Of a DNA stretch of 64,000 nt, positions 1-24,599 are shown piece by piece. The notes under the pieces were generated by a model, which worked only from the letters and a program-made list of their open reading frames with translations, was not told the origin of the DNA and made no database searches. Source of the stretch: Macrostomum lignano (Eukaryota). Each line of letters opens with the position of its first letter. Position 1 is the first letter of the stretch. The stretch is from positions 310,001-374,000 of the forward strand of contig NIVC01000522.1 in NCBI GenBank assembly GCA_002269645.1, given 5' to 3'. A program made the position numbers and the translations under genes.

Positions 1-935
1 GTCACTCAGTGTCATCTGGGGTCACTCAGTGTCATCTGTGGTCACTCAGGGTCAGCTGGGGTCACTCAGTGTCATCTGGGGTCACTCAGAGTCATCTGTG
101 GTCACTCAGGGTCAGCTGGGGTCTCTCAGAGTCATCTGGGGTCTCTCAGTGTCATCTGGGGTCTCTCAGTGTCATCTGGGGTCTCTCAGGGTCATCTGTG
201 GTCACACAGTGTCATCTGGGGTCTCTCAGTGTCATCTGTGGTCACTCAGGGTCAGCTGGGGTCTCTCAGTGTCATCTGTGGTCACTCAGGGTCAGCTGGG
301 GTCACTCAGTGTCATCTGTGGTCATTCAGGGTCAGCTGGGGTCACTCAGTGTCATCTGGGGTCACTCAGTGTCATCTGGGGTCACTCAGTGTCATCTGGG
401 TCACTCAGTGTCATCTGGGTCTCTCAGTGTCATCTGGGGTCACTCAGTGTCATCTAGGGTCTCTCAGTGTCATCTGGGGTCACTCAGTGTCATCCGGGGT
501 CACTCAGTGTCATCCGGGGTCTCTCAGTGTCATCTGGGGTCACTCAGTGTCATCCGGGGTCACTCAGTGTCATCTGGGGTCACTCAGTGTCATCTGGGGT
601 CACTCAGTGTCATCCGGGGTCACTCAGAGTCATCTGTGGTCACTCAGGATCAGCTGAGGTCACTCAGTGTCATCCGGGGTCACTCAGAGTCATCTGTGGT
701 CACTCAGGGTCATCCTGGGTCACTCAGAGTCATCTGTGGTCACTCAGGGTCATCCTGGGTCACTCAGAGTCATCTGTGGTCACTCAGGGTCAGCTGGGGT
801 CACTGAGGTTATCCGGGGCTATCTAAAGAGTCATTTGGGATTTATACCCAGGGTTATTTCAGATCATTCTGGGTGATGTAGCCACATCAGACCATCTGGG
901 TGTCATTTCAGGGTCAGCTGGATGTCCTTCATATC
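1..935. repeat. 20-bp minisatellite GTCACTCAG(T/G)GTCA(T/G)CTG(G/T)G
   Basis: About 40 clean units to ~826, degenerate beyond; remnant near 1995-2020. Confidence 0.95.
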
Positions 936-1407
936 AGATCATTTTTTCGTCCGAGTGGTTTTATTAGAATAATTTTTCTGGCTTCAAAAGTCATTCAGGT
1001 GTCCTTTTATTGATGCTTATGTAATTCTATAGAGGATGCATCAGCTTCCGATGCCTTGCAGGGCTTCGCTTGCCTGTCAATTATTAAAGAAGGTCAGTTA
1101 CAAAACCTGCGGAACGCTGTGGTTAGTTGCTATGCCGGCCTCCCAGTTAATAAAGTGCAGTTATGTGCTAAACCAATATTTTTTAGTTGTTGTTACAAAC
1201 AGGCTGCTTTACATTGTGGCCAAATGGATTTCAAGGTGGAACACAATTTCTGCCTGGAGCACAGCTGCACGAGATTCAGTTGCTGGGGAATTTTTCTGCA
1301 ACTTTTTGCCCATTAAGGCACCCGACACAGTGGGGCTTCATCGATTGCATTTTTGCTGTGCTTTGACTTGCTATGTATGGAAGGGAATTTGTAACTCTGT
1401 TATCATC

Positions 1408-1945
1408 ACTGACTCTCTCTGACTCTCCGACTGACTTTCTCTGGCTCTCTCTGACTCTCTCTGACTCTCTCTGACTCTCTGACTGACTCTCCGATTGACT
1501 TTCTCTGACTCTCTCTGACTCTCTCTGACTCTCTCTGACTCTCTTACTGACTCTCTGACTCTCCGACTGACTTTCTCCGACTCTCTCTGACTCTCTGACT
1601 GACTCTCCGATTGACTTTCTCTGACTCTCTCTGACTCTCTCTAACTCTCTCTGACTCTCTTACTGACTCTCTGACTCTCCGACTGACTTTCTCTGACTCT
1701 CTCTGACTCTCTCTGACTCTCTCTGACTCTCTTACTGACTCTCTGACTCTCCGACTGACTTTCTCTGACTCTCTCTGACTCTCTGACTGACTCTCCGATT
1801 GACTTTCTCTGACTCTCTCTGACTCTCTGACTCTCTGACTCTCTGACTCTCTCTGACTCTCTCTGACTCTCTGACTGACTATCTCTGACTCTGACTGACT
1901 CTCTCTGACTCTGACTGACTCTCTCTGACTGACTCTCTCTGACTC
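1408..1945. repeat. CTCTCTGA-type low-complexity array
   Basis: Direct reading. Confidence 0.95.
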
Positions 1946-2176
1946 ATGGCTTTTTATTACTCAGGATATTTCTCAGGATCACTAGGAAACATTCAAGTCC
2001 GGTGTCACTCGTCATCTGGGGTCATTTTTTGGGTCCTCTTGTATAAGAACTTGACTCTGTCTTTTCGCTTTAATCACTCCCGAATCACCATGGCTTTGTC
2101 TGAAAAAGCAACTCCTCGCTCAATTTCTTCCCCACCATCACCCCCCCCCCCCTGGCAACCAGCTGAGCATCCCCAG

Positions 2177-15089
<12,913 letters not shown>

Positions 15090-16265
15090 GGCGCTTGATT
15101 TTGAACCAATTTAAATTATTTTTGTTGAAATTAATTGTTTAAATTTTGTTTAAATTAGTTGCACAATTTTTTATTTTTTTAATTATTATTTGAAATATTT
15201 TTTTTTGTTTAAATTAGTTTCTAAGGTTTAATTTTTAATTTATTTAAGTTATTGTTTAAATTAAAGTTTAACTTTGGTTCAATTAATCATTTGTTTTAAT
15301 TAGTTTCAATTATTGTTTAAATTTTACTTTTAATTTGTTTAAAAGTTTAAAACAACACTTCAGTCTCATGTGATGAGGCTTAAAATAAGTCATAAATTAA
15401 AAGTTACTCTGTATTAGAAGATACGAGTAGGTCGAAAGCTAATAAATCAAGCCATTAACTGTGCTATGTATGATTTATAACCCCGAAACTGATCCCATTA
15501 GTAACATATAATTTTCAAAAAATGCGCCAGAGAATTAAGAAATAGCAGCGGCTCAATGGTATCTATATTTGTTTCAACTTCACTCCAAACCCGAATATTT
15601 TCATCGAATGTCGTTATTAGAAGATCTGCTCATATTTCTGCATGCAAAGATTAAAAATATAAAATACGGAATGAACTTTGGTACAGAGTCGATTCGGAAG
15701 TGACCTTATTGTTTATCTGCTTGAAATTCAATTGTTTGTTTTTATGCCGCTAAAATAAAAATTTTAAAAGTTATTTGTTGACTGTAAACCCGTCAGTCAC
15801 GCGCAGATTCCTGCTCAGCTCAAAGGGTGGCCCATTTTAAATTTCTCACCTAATCTTCTAATTTCCGCTGAGTATACTTTTTTACATATTTTTTCGCCCA
15901 CTGGACTACTGACAGTAACGCAGAAATGTATTTTTGTAGATTAAGCGTAATTATTCGTAAGTCGGCACTAACAAATTATTTGTTAAAATTTCCTAGCAGA
16001 AACATCATTTCTTAGAAAGCCCCGTCCGTGGGAACCATTGCCCTCGGGACTAGTAAAAAATAGACGCTATTTATAGCAGTCTTTGACCTAACAGAACCGA
16101 CAGTCTATGGTAAAAACCGGCCTCATAGCAATCAGCAAGTATGCTCTGAATTACCGGTAATTTCAAAGCAGCAAAAATGAATTAATTTCAATAATTATTG
16201 TTTAAAAATCAGCTTCAAGAGCCAATCAATATATCAACTGGAAAAGAAATCATTAACAGTCGAGA

Positions 16266-19200
16266 ATGTCAGCGATGAAGGTTCGCACCGCCTTGAGCAG
16301 CTGTCAGGAATGGGCCGGTCTGTCAGCTGAGCGCCTCATCAACGGCGAGATGCTGACCAGCGTGGATTTCAGCCAGATTGTCAAACGCACCGTTGCTATC
16401 CTTCGTCTGGAGCCGTCGCTGCTGGAGTTGAAGTCCAGCGTCGGCTGTAGAGTTGTTGGCAAGCTGCACGGCAACCTGGGAGACCTGTTGGCCATTTTCC
16501 GGCAGTACGGCTGGCCCAGCAGCACCACCTACGTGTTCCTTGGCAACTATTTGTATGTTAACGTGCAGGGCCAGGTGCAGCTCAATGTACTGCAGATGTT
16601 GTTGCTGTTTAAAATTGTCTACCCCAATAATATCATTGTGCTGCGAGGCCTGAGCGAGTGCGAGCACTGCGCCGCTGAGATGGGGCTCATGGACGTCTGT
16701 GAGTTGCTTCCTCTGTGCTCGGCTTTTAGCTGGGACTTGTTTTCAGGAAGCATGGAATGTAGAAAGAAGCGTGCAGTAGAGAGGGAGAGAAAGGATAGAG
16801 GGAGAAAAGAGGGAGGATAGAGGGAGAAAGGAGGGAGGATAGAGGGAGAAAGGAGGGAGGATAGAGGGAGAAAGGAGGGAGGATAGAGGGAGGATAGAGG
16901 GAGGATAGAGGGAGGAAAGAGGAGGATAGAGGGAGAATAGAGGGAGGATAGAGGTAGGATAGAGGAAGGATAGAGGGTGGATAGAGAGAGGATAGAGAGA
17001 GGATAGAGAGAGGATAGAGGGAGGATAGAGGGAGGATAGAGAGAGGATAGAGGAAGGATAGAGGGAGGATAGAGGGAGGATAGAGAGAGGATAGAGAGAG
17101 GATAGAGGGAGGATAGAGGGAGGATAGAGAGAGGATAGAGAGAGGATAGAGGGAGGATAGAGGGAGGATAAAGGGAGGATAGAGAGAGGATAGAGGGAGG
17201 ATAAAGGGAGGATAGAGGGAGGAAAGAGAGAGGATAGAGAGAGGATAGAGGGAGGATAGAGAGAGGATAGAGGGAGGATAGAGAGAGGATAGAGAGAGGA
17301 TAGAGAGAGGATAGAGTAGAGAGGAGAGACAGAGGATAGAGGGAGTACAAAGGAAGGATAAAGGAAGGATGGAGGGAGGATAGAGGGAATAGAGGGAGTA
17401 AACCTATTTTTTAACTGGATCTGAACTTGTTTTAATCATGTTTATTCCTTTCATTCATATACATGTAATTACTTTAAAAAAAAGGGAAACTAACTTCTGC
17501 ATGACATTTAAATTTAAAATCAAACATGCCATTTGTTCGATACAATTTTCGCAAGCCACAAAAGTAAATTTATGTGTATTAAACTAAAAATTTATTTATT
17601 CAATTTTGGGTGTTCTCTCAAGAATGCACCAACACCAACAGCGAAAGAGTTAGCAGCGATATCACCAGCGCCAACATAAAAGGCGCCGAAATAAAAGGCG
17701 CCAAACATAAAAGACACCAAACATAAAAGGCGCCAAACATAAAAAGGCGCCAAACATAAAAAGGGGCCAAACATAAAAAGGCGCCAAACATAAAAGGCGC
17801 CAAACATAAAACTGGCTTCCAACATAAAAGGCGCCAAAAATAAAAGGCGCCAAACATAAAAAGGTGCCAAACATAGAAGGCGCAAACATAAAAAGGTGCC
17901 AAACAAAAAAGGCGTCAAACATAAAAAGGTGCCAAACATAAAAAGGGGCCAAACAAAAAACTGGCGCCAACATAAAAGGCGCCAAACATAAAAGGCGCCA
18001 AACATAAAACTGGCTTCCAACATAAAAGGCGCCAAACATAAAAGGCGCCAAACATAAAAAGGGGCCAAACATAAAAAGGCGCCAAACATAAAAGGCGCCA
18101 AACATAAAAAGGCGCCAAACATAAAAGGTGCCAAACATAAAAGGTGCCAAACATAAAAGGCGCCAAACATAAAAAGGTGCCAAACATAAAAGGCGCCAAA
18201 CATAAAAGGCGCCAAACATAAAACTGGCGCCAACATAAAAGGCGCCAACATAGAAGGCGCCATCAGAGAAGGCGCCGACAAAGAGGGCGCCCCATCACAA
18301 GCTTCATTTCCTCCAATCAATTCACCGCAGGCTGTGAGCAGTTCAGCGGATACCTGTATCGCGACCTCGTGCTGCTATTTAAATACCTGCCACTGGCCGC
18401 CCTGGTTGGCGATGTGTACTTTCTATCCTGCTCGTCGCTCTCTTTGTCTCGCGGATTTCTCATCGACTACGAGGTTGTGGACAGGCCAAGGACCACTTGC
18501 TCCCAGTCCAGTAACCGGCTCTCCTACTTGCCGAACAGGCTGAGCACTGAGACTCTGCTGCGCTTCCAGGACTGGGATAGGGAGCTGGAGATTGAGGGTG
18601 AGCTGGGAGGATAGAGGAAGGATAGAAGAAGGATAGAGGGAGGATAGAGGGGGGATAGAGGGGGGATAGAGGGGGATAGAGGGGGGATAGAGGGGGATAG
18701 GAGGAGGAAAGAGGGAGGAAAGAGGGAGGATAGAGGGAGGATAGAGGGACGATTGAGGGAGTATTGAGGGGATAGAGGGGGGATAGAGGGGGATAGAGGG
18801 GGGATAGGAGGAGGAAAGAGGAAGGAAAGAGGGAGGATAGAGGGAGGATAGATGGTGGATAGAGGGAGGATGAGGGAGGATAGAGGGAGGATAGAGGGAG
18901 GATAGGAGGATAGAGGGAGGATAGAGGGAGGATAGAGAGAGGATAGAGGGAGGATAGAGGGAGGATAGAGGGAGGATAGAGGGAGGATAGAGGGTTAAGA
19001 TAGAGGGAGGAAAGAGAAGTATTGAGGCAGGCACACAACGACGTGATAGTTGAGAGGGGTGAGAGAATCGAGTGGAACGACAAAAACCAAACCCCAAACC
19101 CAAAATTGCAGAGTACCGAAACCTTCGACTGTTCCTGCAGTGGAACGGCCTCGTTGCAGTGGTAAAAACGGGCGACATTGACTGGATTGGCCAACGCTGC

Positions 19201-19446
19201 CCCACCGTTGAGGGCCCCAACAGTGCGCTCATTTCATTCCATTCGTCTTCTAAAGTTGACGACAGGCCTGTAACTGGCGCTATCATGATAATCCACCGCA
19301 ACCTGTGCTGCACTTTCCATCCGGTTAGGATTAGCAGCTCATCGGAATTGGCCGTCAAAATTCTGTTTCCGAAACCTTTCGATAGAACAAGCAAAACTGA
19401 CCTAACGGATCGGGAGACGGACGGGGAGAAGCCTGCGACTCGTTGA
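16266..19446 (+). CDS. PP1/PPP-family Ser/Thr phosphatase-like protein, predicted catalytically inactive
   Basis: Exons 16266-16698, 18331-18597, 19112-19446 (GT-AG, both introns phase 1, frame open to TGA). Collinear with PP1: LLEL..GKLHG (GDxHG), YVFLGNYLY (YLFLGDYVDRG), LFKIVYPNNIIVLRGLSEC (AYKIKYPENFFLLRGNHEC), LPLAALV, GAIMII..LCCTF. Confidence 0.82.
16785..17395. repeat. 11-bp purine-rich array GATAGAGGGAG
   Basis: GATA spaced at 17046, 17057, 17068. Confidence 0.93.
17670..18292. repeat. 16-17-bp array GGCGCCAAACATAAAA
   Basis: Direct reading; ends about 40 nt before the acceptor at 18330. Confidence 0.93.
18605..19015. repeat. 11-bp purine-rich array GATAGAGGG(A/G)G, same unit as in the previous intron
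   Basis: Direct reading. Confidence 0.92.
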
Positions 19447-20647
19447 TTCATTGTGGGTAAGAAGAAGACTTTAACAAATTATTCGCGTAAAATAATAAGA
19501 AACAAAGTATTGATTTTCCGGCTACGATTGCAAAATAAATATGCAATTCTTACTGGAGAAACCTACTTAAAATCAAAATGAAAAGTCACGTCTGGTCCTA
19601 ACACCGGAAATTTAAAACATGAAATTTTTCATTGGATTAATTTCGAGCCTAGCTTTAACAGATAAGAATTCATGCAAGATTTGTAGACTAATTTAAAGGT
19701 CTGTCCTTGCTAGCTGCGTATCTGTTGTAAGATACGGAATCAAGTTAACAAATGCAACAAAGAGTTATAACATTAGTAGACTAACAAAAAAAAACTCCCA
19801 GAGTTTTTTGTTTTAATGCTATACATTGTTGATTATTTAAACTTCAAACTTATTGCTCAATTTGTATTTTTCATTTTGTTAAACTATAAGCATGCCTTCA
19901 TATACATGTGTATAATTTATTTTAGTAAAAGTTCATAGAAATGGTTTTTATTACGAACTGTATTCATTTTTGGTTTCTTCTGCAAAAAGAAACTTACTAT
20001 TTACCATGACTGCAGAGAATATATTTGCAGAATTTAATTATACCTGTAGAGGATAAGTTAGGTACGATTTAAATATAGATTTGATTCTTGGAATAGAATA
20101 ACTAGTAAGCTAGTTTAAATCACAAATTTTTATTTTATTTTGTTAGAAGCTGGAATTTGCAAATAGCTAATTGTAAATATCAACAGTTCATCTTTTTCAT
20201 ACACAGATTTTTTTCATATGTATGTAAATGTGTACGAGTATCAGCGCATGATAAACCCTCTGCTTTTGTCGACGGAACTTTCGAGACACGGTTCAAAATA
20301 ACAAAAATGTTTTACTATTAACTATAATACTCGTAACTTATGAAAATCAAATGTTTATTTTTTTATCGCAGTCCTCTTTAAAATTGTTCTTAGCACGACA
20401 AAAGCAATTTGAAGCAATAACGAAATAAATAAATCGGTAAATTGTAGTCAAAGTCACCGCGAAATGTACGCATCATAGGAAATAGAAAATTCAGACATTT
20501 AAGGGCATGACATACGCACGCATTTTTTAGCAACGTTAAAACTTTTCAGAGCATCAGCAAGAATAAATTTTGTTTCGAACCAGAAGTAGGCAATTTAAAA
20601 AGTTTGTTGTAATACAAAAAGCTTTGTGCATATTTCGATTATTCATT

Positions 20648-23173
20648 TTATGCTGTTGGTTGTTCTCCGTCTTTCTGCCCATCCTTCGACCCGTCGTCCT
20701 TTTGCTCTTCTTTCGGCTCGTCCTTTTGTTCGTCCTTTTGTTCTTCTTTCTGCGATTCGTTCTGCTCTTCCTTCTGCTCTTCCTTCTGCTCTTCCTTCTG
20801 CTCTTCCTTCTGCTCTTCCTTCTGCTCTTCCTTCTGCTCTTCCTTTTGCTCTTCATGCTGCTCTTCCTGCTGCTCTTCCTTCTGCTCTTCCTGCTGCTCT
20901 TCCTTCTGCTCTTCCTTCTGCTCTTCCTGCTGCTCTTCCTGCTGCTCTTCCTGCTGCTCTTCCTTCTGCTCTTCCTTCTGCTCTTCCTTCTGCTCTTCCT
21001 TCTGCTCTTCCTGCTGCTCTTCCTGCTGCTCTTCCTTCTGCTCTTCTTTCTGCTCTTCCTTCTGCTCTGCTTCCTGCTCTTCCTTCTGCTCTTCCTTCTG
21101 CTCTTCTTCCTGCTCTTCCTTCTGCTCTTCATGCTGCTCTTCTTTCTGTTCCTCGTGATGCTCATCCTTGTGCTCTCCTTGATCGTGTTGTTCACCTTCC
21201 CCGTGCTCACCCTCTTGATCTTCGTGTTCATGCTCTCGCTCGTGGTCGCCGCCTTCGCCTTCCTCCTCGTCAGATTTTTGAGCAGCTTGAGCGTCCGTTC
21301 GAACGATCTCGCCATTCGGACCGCGCATCTCCCCTTCGGCTTCTTCATCCTCAGTGGTCTCCAGCTCGTCTTCTTCTGTCAGGTCGCCCGTTCCTGGAAC
21401 TCGTTTACCATCGTGGTCGAACTGTATTTCACCGAAGATCAAACGGATTGAAGCCGCCGCGTGCTCTTTGCTGCTCGAACCGTGTACAGCGTTGGCTTTG
21501 ATGTCCTTGCCGAAGATTGACCGGATGGAGTGGTCGTTGTCCAGGGCCTGGGTCGGATCCGGCAGGCCCATCAACTCTCGCCAGCCCTGAATGGCATCGT
21601 TGCGGGAGAGCACGAGGAAGATCGACTTGCCGCTGGTCATATGAGCCACCAGCTCTTCGAAGTACTCCTTCTCGGCGTGGCTCTTGTAGAACTCGCGCGC
21701 CATCTCGTCACTGAGCACCAGCTCCTTGCGTGCTGCAATTCGGAATTCGGCCTCTTTGGCTTTCTGAATGATTTCGCGACGGTTCTCGTATGCGTCCGGC
21801 TTGATCACCACCAGGGTCTGCTCGACCGGGAAGAAGAAGTCCAGCTCCTTCTTGGCCGAGTTGAACGAGTCCGAGCCGTGCAGCAGGTTGATCTGAATTT
21901 CCTCTTTTGAGTACATCGCTCGGAGGCTCTGCGGATGCGTCTGCTTGGCCTCCTTGGGGTCCTTCTCGCCGAGAGCGTTGCGCCACTCCTTGATGGCGTC
22001 CTCCTTAGCGAGCGCCAGCGCCAGCACAGGGCCATTGGTCATCCTGGTGATGAGCTCCGGGAAGAACGGACTGTCCTTCTTCTCCGAGTAGAACTCTTCC
22101 GCTTGCTCCCTGGTCAGTTGGACCTCCTTTCTCAGCGCGATGGCGAAGCCGGCCTCCTTGATCTTGGCCAAGATTTCGTCCTTGAACTCCATGAAGGCGT
22201 CAGGCCGAATGAGCGCAACTGTTTTTTCGATCTCTTTGCGCTTCTCCTTCTTGGCTTTCTGAACTTTAAAAGTCGGAACCTTGAACTCGGGGAAGAAGAA
22301 CTCCAGCTCCTTCGCTGCCTTTTCACCAGAGTCGGCAGCGTGAATGGCATTCTTATATGACTCTGAGCCGAACATGGCTCGCAAGCTTTCCGGCTGAGTC
22401 TCCTTCGCCTCTTCAACATTGGCTGGACCGAGAATTTCACGGAATTCCGAGATGATACCAGAGTTGCCTTTGCTGATGACCAACACCGTGGATTCGTCAG
22501 TCGTCATGTAGGTGATCATCTGCTCGAACCATTCCTGGTCCTCCAAGTGTCGATAAAAGTCCCTGGCCTCTTCGTCAGTGAGTTTTCGCTTTTGCTGTTC
22601 TAGGATTTCGATTCCTCGTTCCTCCAGTCTCTGCATGATTTCGTCAATCCTGTGTTGCGCATCAGGCTTAATGAGCACAACCGTGACTTCTCTCTCGAGT
22701 TCTTCTTCCTCCTCTTCCTCGTCCGCTTTCTGCTTAGCCAGTCGCTCAGCTTCATCAAGGTGCTTAAACTCTGGATCTCTGATTTCTACTCGCTCGGCAC
22801 CTGGTTCGCCCTTCAGTACGTTGAGTTCGTTGGTCAAATGAGCCTTGATCTTCTTCTCCAGCACTGGGGGATTGACTCCGCGAATGACTTCTACTAACGT
22901 TCCTGATCCGTAGAATAGAAAGCATGGCTTGCATTTGCCTCTGTACCTATCCAAGCTATCGATTGTGTCGGCTTTCGCAACAGCAAAATTAAGAAGATCT
23001 TCACCGGACTCGTTCTTTATTCTTCTAAAGTGGCTAACGATCGACTTACAAGGACCACACCAGTCTTGGTAAATGTCAACAATCAAAAGACCTTCCTTCG
23101 TCATTGCGTCGTCCCATTCTTCTTGCGTGTTAAGCTCCTTTTGAAGGGCTATTTCTTGCTTTTTCCTTGCCAT
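20648..23173 (-). CDS. NME8: Thioredoxin domain + three NDP-kinase domains + E/Q/K-rich tail (NME8/TXNDC3, axonemal dynein IC1 type), intronless, 841 aa
   Basis: Single ORF from ATG 23173 (MARKKQEIALQ). WCGPC thioredoxin site; three NDK repeats (VLIKPDA..IHAADS; ALIRPDA..LHGSDS; VVIKPDA..VHGSSS); acidic tail with EEQK repeats. Confidence 0.92.
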   Translation of the reverse strand: MARKKQEIALQKELNTQEEWDDAMTKEGLLIVDIYQDWCGPCKSIVSHFRRIKNESGEDLLNFAVAKADTIDSLDRYRGKCKPCFLFYGSGTLVEVIRGVNPPVLEKKIKAHLTNELNVLKGEPGAERVEIRDPEFKHLDEAERLAKQKADEEEEEEELEREVTVVLIKPDAQHRIDEIMQRLEERGIEILEQQKRKLTDEEARDFYRHLEDQEWFEQMITYMTTDESTVLVISKGNSGIISEFREILGPANVEEAKETQPESLRAMFGSESYKNAIHAADSGEKAAKELEFFFPEFKVPTFKVQKAKKEKRKEIEKTVALIRPDAFMEFKDEILAKIKEAGFAIALRKEVQLTREQAEEFYSEKKDSPFFPELITRMTNGPVLALALAKEDAIKEWRNALGEKDPKEAKQTHPQSLRAMYSKEEIQINLLHGSDSFNSAKKELDFFFPVEQTLVVIKPDAYENRREIIQKAKEAEFRIAARKELVLSDEMAREFYKSHAEKEYFEELVAHMTSGKSIFLVLSRNDAIQGWRELMGLPDPTQALDNDHSIRSIFGKDIKANAVHGSSSKEHAAASIRLIFGEIQFDHDGKRVPGTGDLTEEDELETTEDEEAEGEMRGPNGEIVRTDAQAAQKSDEEEGEGGDHEREHEHEDQEGEHGEGEQHDQGEHKDEHHEEQKEEQHEEQKEEQEEEQKEEQKEEQEAEQKEEQKEEQKEEQQEEQQEEQKEEQKEEQKEEQKEEQQEEQQEEQQEEQKEEQKEEQQEEQKEEQQEEQHEEQKEEQKEEQKEEQKEEQKEEQKEEQKEEQNESQKEEQKDEQKDEPKEEQKDDGSKDGQKDGEQPTA

Positions 23174-24094
23174 TTCTGACCTAGTAAGTCGCACCAAATC
23201 TGCTGTCTAGTCTAAACAACTTCAGTTGCGTTGTAAAAAATGAAGGTATATTTTTTACTCAAATAATTTCAGCCTTATGATAGCAACCAGTATCTTTAAA
23301 ACTCTTTAATTTTTTTTATAAACTAAATTAGTCTCAAAACAAATAAAAAACTTAGTCAGTAATGATAAATCTCTTTCTTGTTAAATGGGTTTTCAAAGTT
23401 TAAAATTTTGTTTTAAGTAACAACTTTTATCGCGACATTACAATTTAGTGTCAGATTATAATAATTTACGTCTAGGATTTCAGGATGAGAAGACTGCTCG
23501 CGTATTTTCGTTAATTTTTCACGACTTAACTATTACAACAGCGACTGTTACGACTTGAGTATCTTACTAATCACTTCTAAACTGTCAATTTGTTTTGCTG
23601 TCTTTTCAAAGCAAACATTTAGTATTATGGCATCACAAGTACACAGCAACCCTCCACACAAGTCGAATGATGTGTCATCATCTAAGTAAGGAAGTTTGTT
23701 GTAATTATAAATATTAAGGTTAGCTAATTGAGTTTAGCTATGTTGAGTTTAACTACGACATGAATAATTTGTAGGCTTAACTTAAGTTTAAAATAATATA
23801 AGTATTATTACTATTAGTATCAAGAGTCCTTTTAAAGCACATAGATAATAGATATGTAACTAGCAATCTAGTGCGGCCCCCCTTCGGGGCGCCCAATAAG
23901 AAAGGAGCAAAAATAGTTCATGGAAAACAATAAAAAAACACATTTTCTTAAACACTAACTCCTTCTTCACATTTTAAAAATCACCTTATTCGTGTAAAAT
24001 TGTCACGGACTAAGATGTTTGCAAAATTAAAAAATCACTTTTTCTCTAAAATTAACAAACAGTCAACAAAATATCGTTTCCCTAAATAGAAAAT

Positions 24095-24515
24095 ATTCCC
24101 AAGACAGCAAGCAACCCCCTCCAAAAGTGAACAATCGCAGATAGCAAGCATCCTCTAATGCTCATAGCAAGAATCACCACAGATAGCAAGCATCTGCAGA
24201 TTAGCAAGCAACCCCCAGATATTATAGAAGCATCCACCCAGATAGCAAGCATTCTGCAGATAGCAAGCACCCCCAGATATTATAGAAGCATTCTGCAGAT
24301 AGCAAGCACCCCCCAGATATTATAGAAGCATCCACCCAGATAGCAAGCATCCTGCAGATAGCAAGAATCCCTAAATAGCAAGCATCCTGCAGATAGCAAG
24401 AATCCCTGAATAGCAAGCATCCCTGGATAGAAAGAATCCCATGCATGTAGCCAGTACCCCTCTCCCAAATAGCAAGTATCCCCCCTCGAGAGCAAGCATC
24501 CACGAGACAGCAAGT
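24095..24515. repeat. Degenerate AGATAGCAAGCA(T/C)CC array
   Basis: Direct reading. Confidence 0.85.
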
Positions 24516-24599
24516 AGCTAGTGCAAATGTTACTTCCGCTAATGCAATAATCGCTTTCTCAGGTTGTGCAACAATCCACGTCTCAGCGAGCGCAATAAT

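Noticed and set aside
1056-1316. Cys-rich 86-aa ORF
   Set aside because: No recognisable family and no convincing splice connection to the NETO exons.
16021-16054. Second Helitron 3' end (GCCCTCGGGACTAG|T)
   Set aside because: The hairpin is very short and no matching 5' end could be defined, so it was not called.
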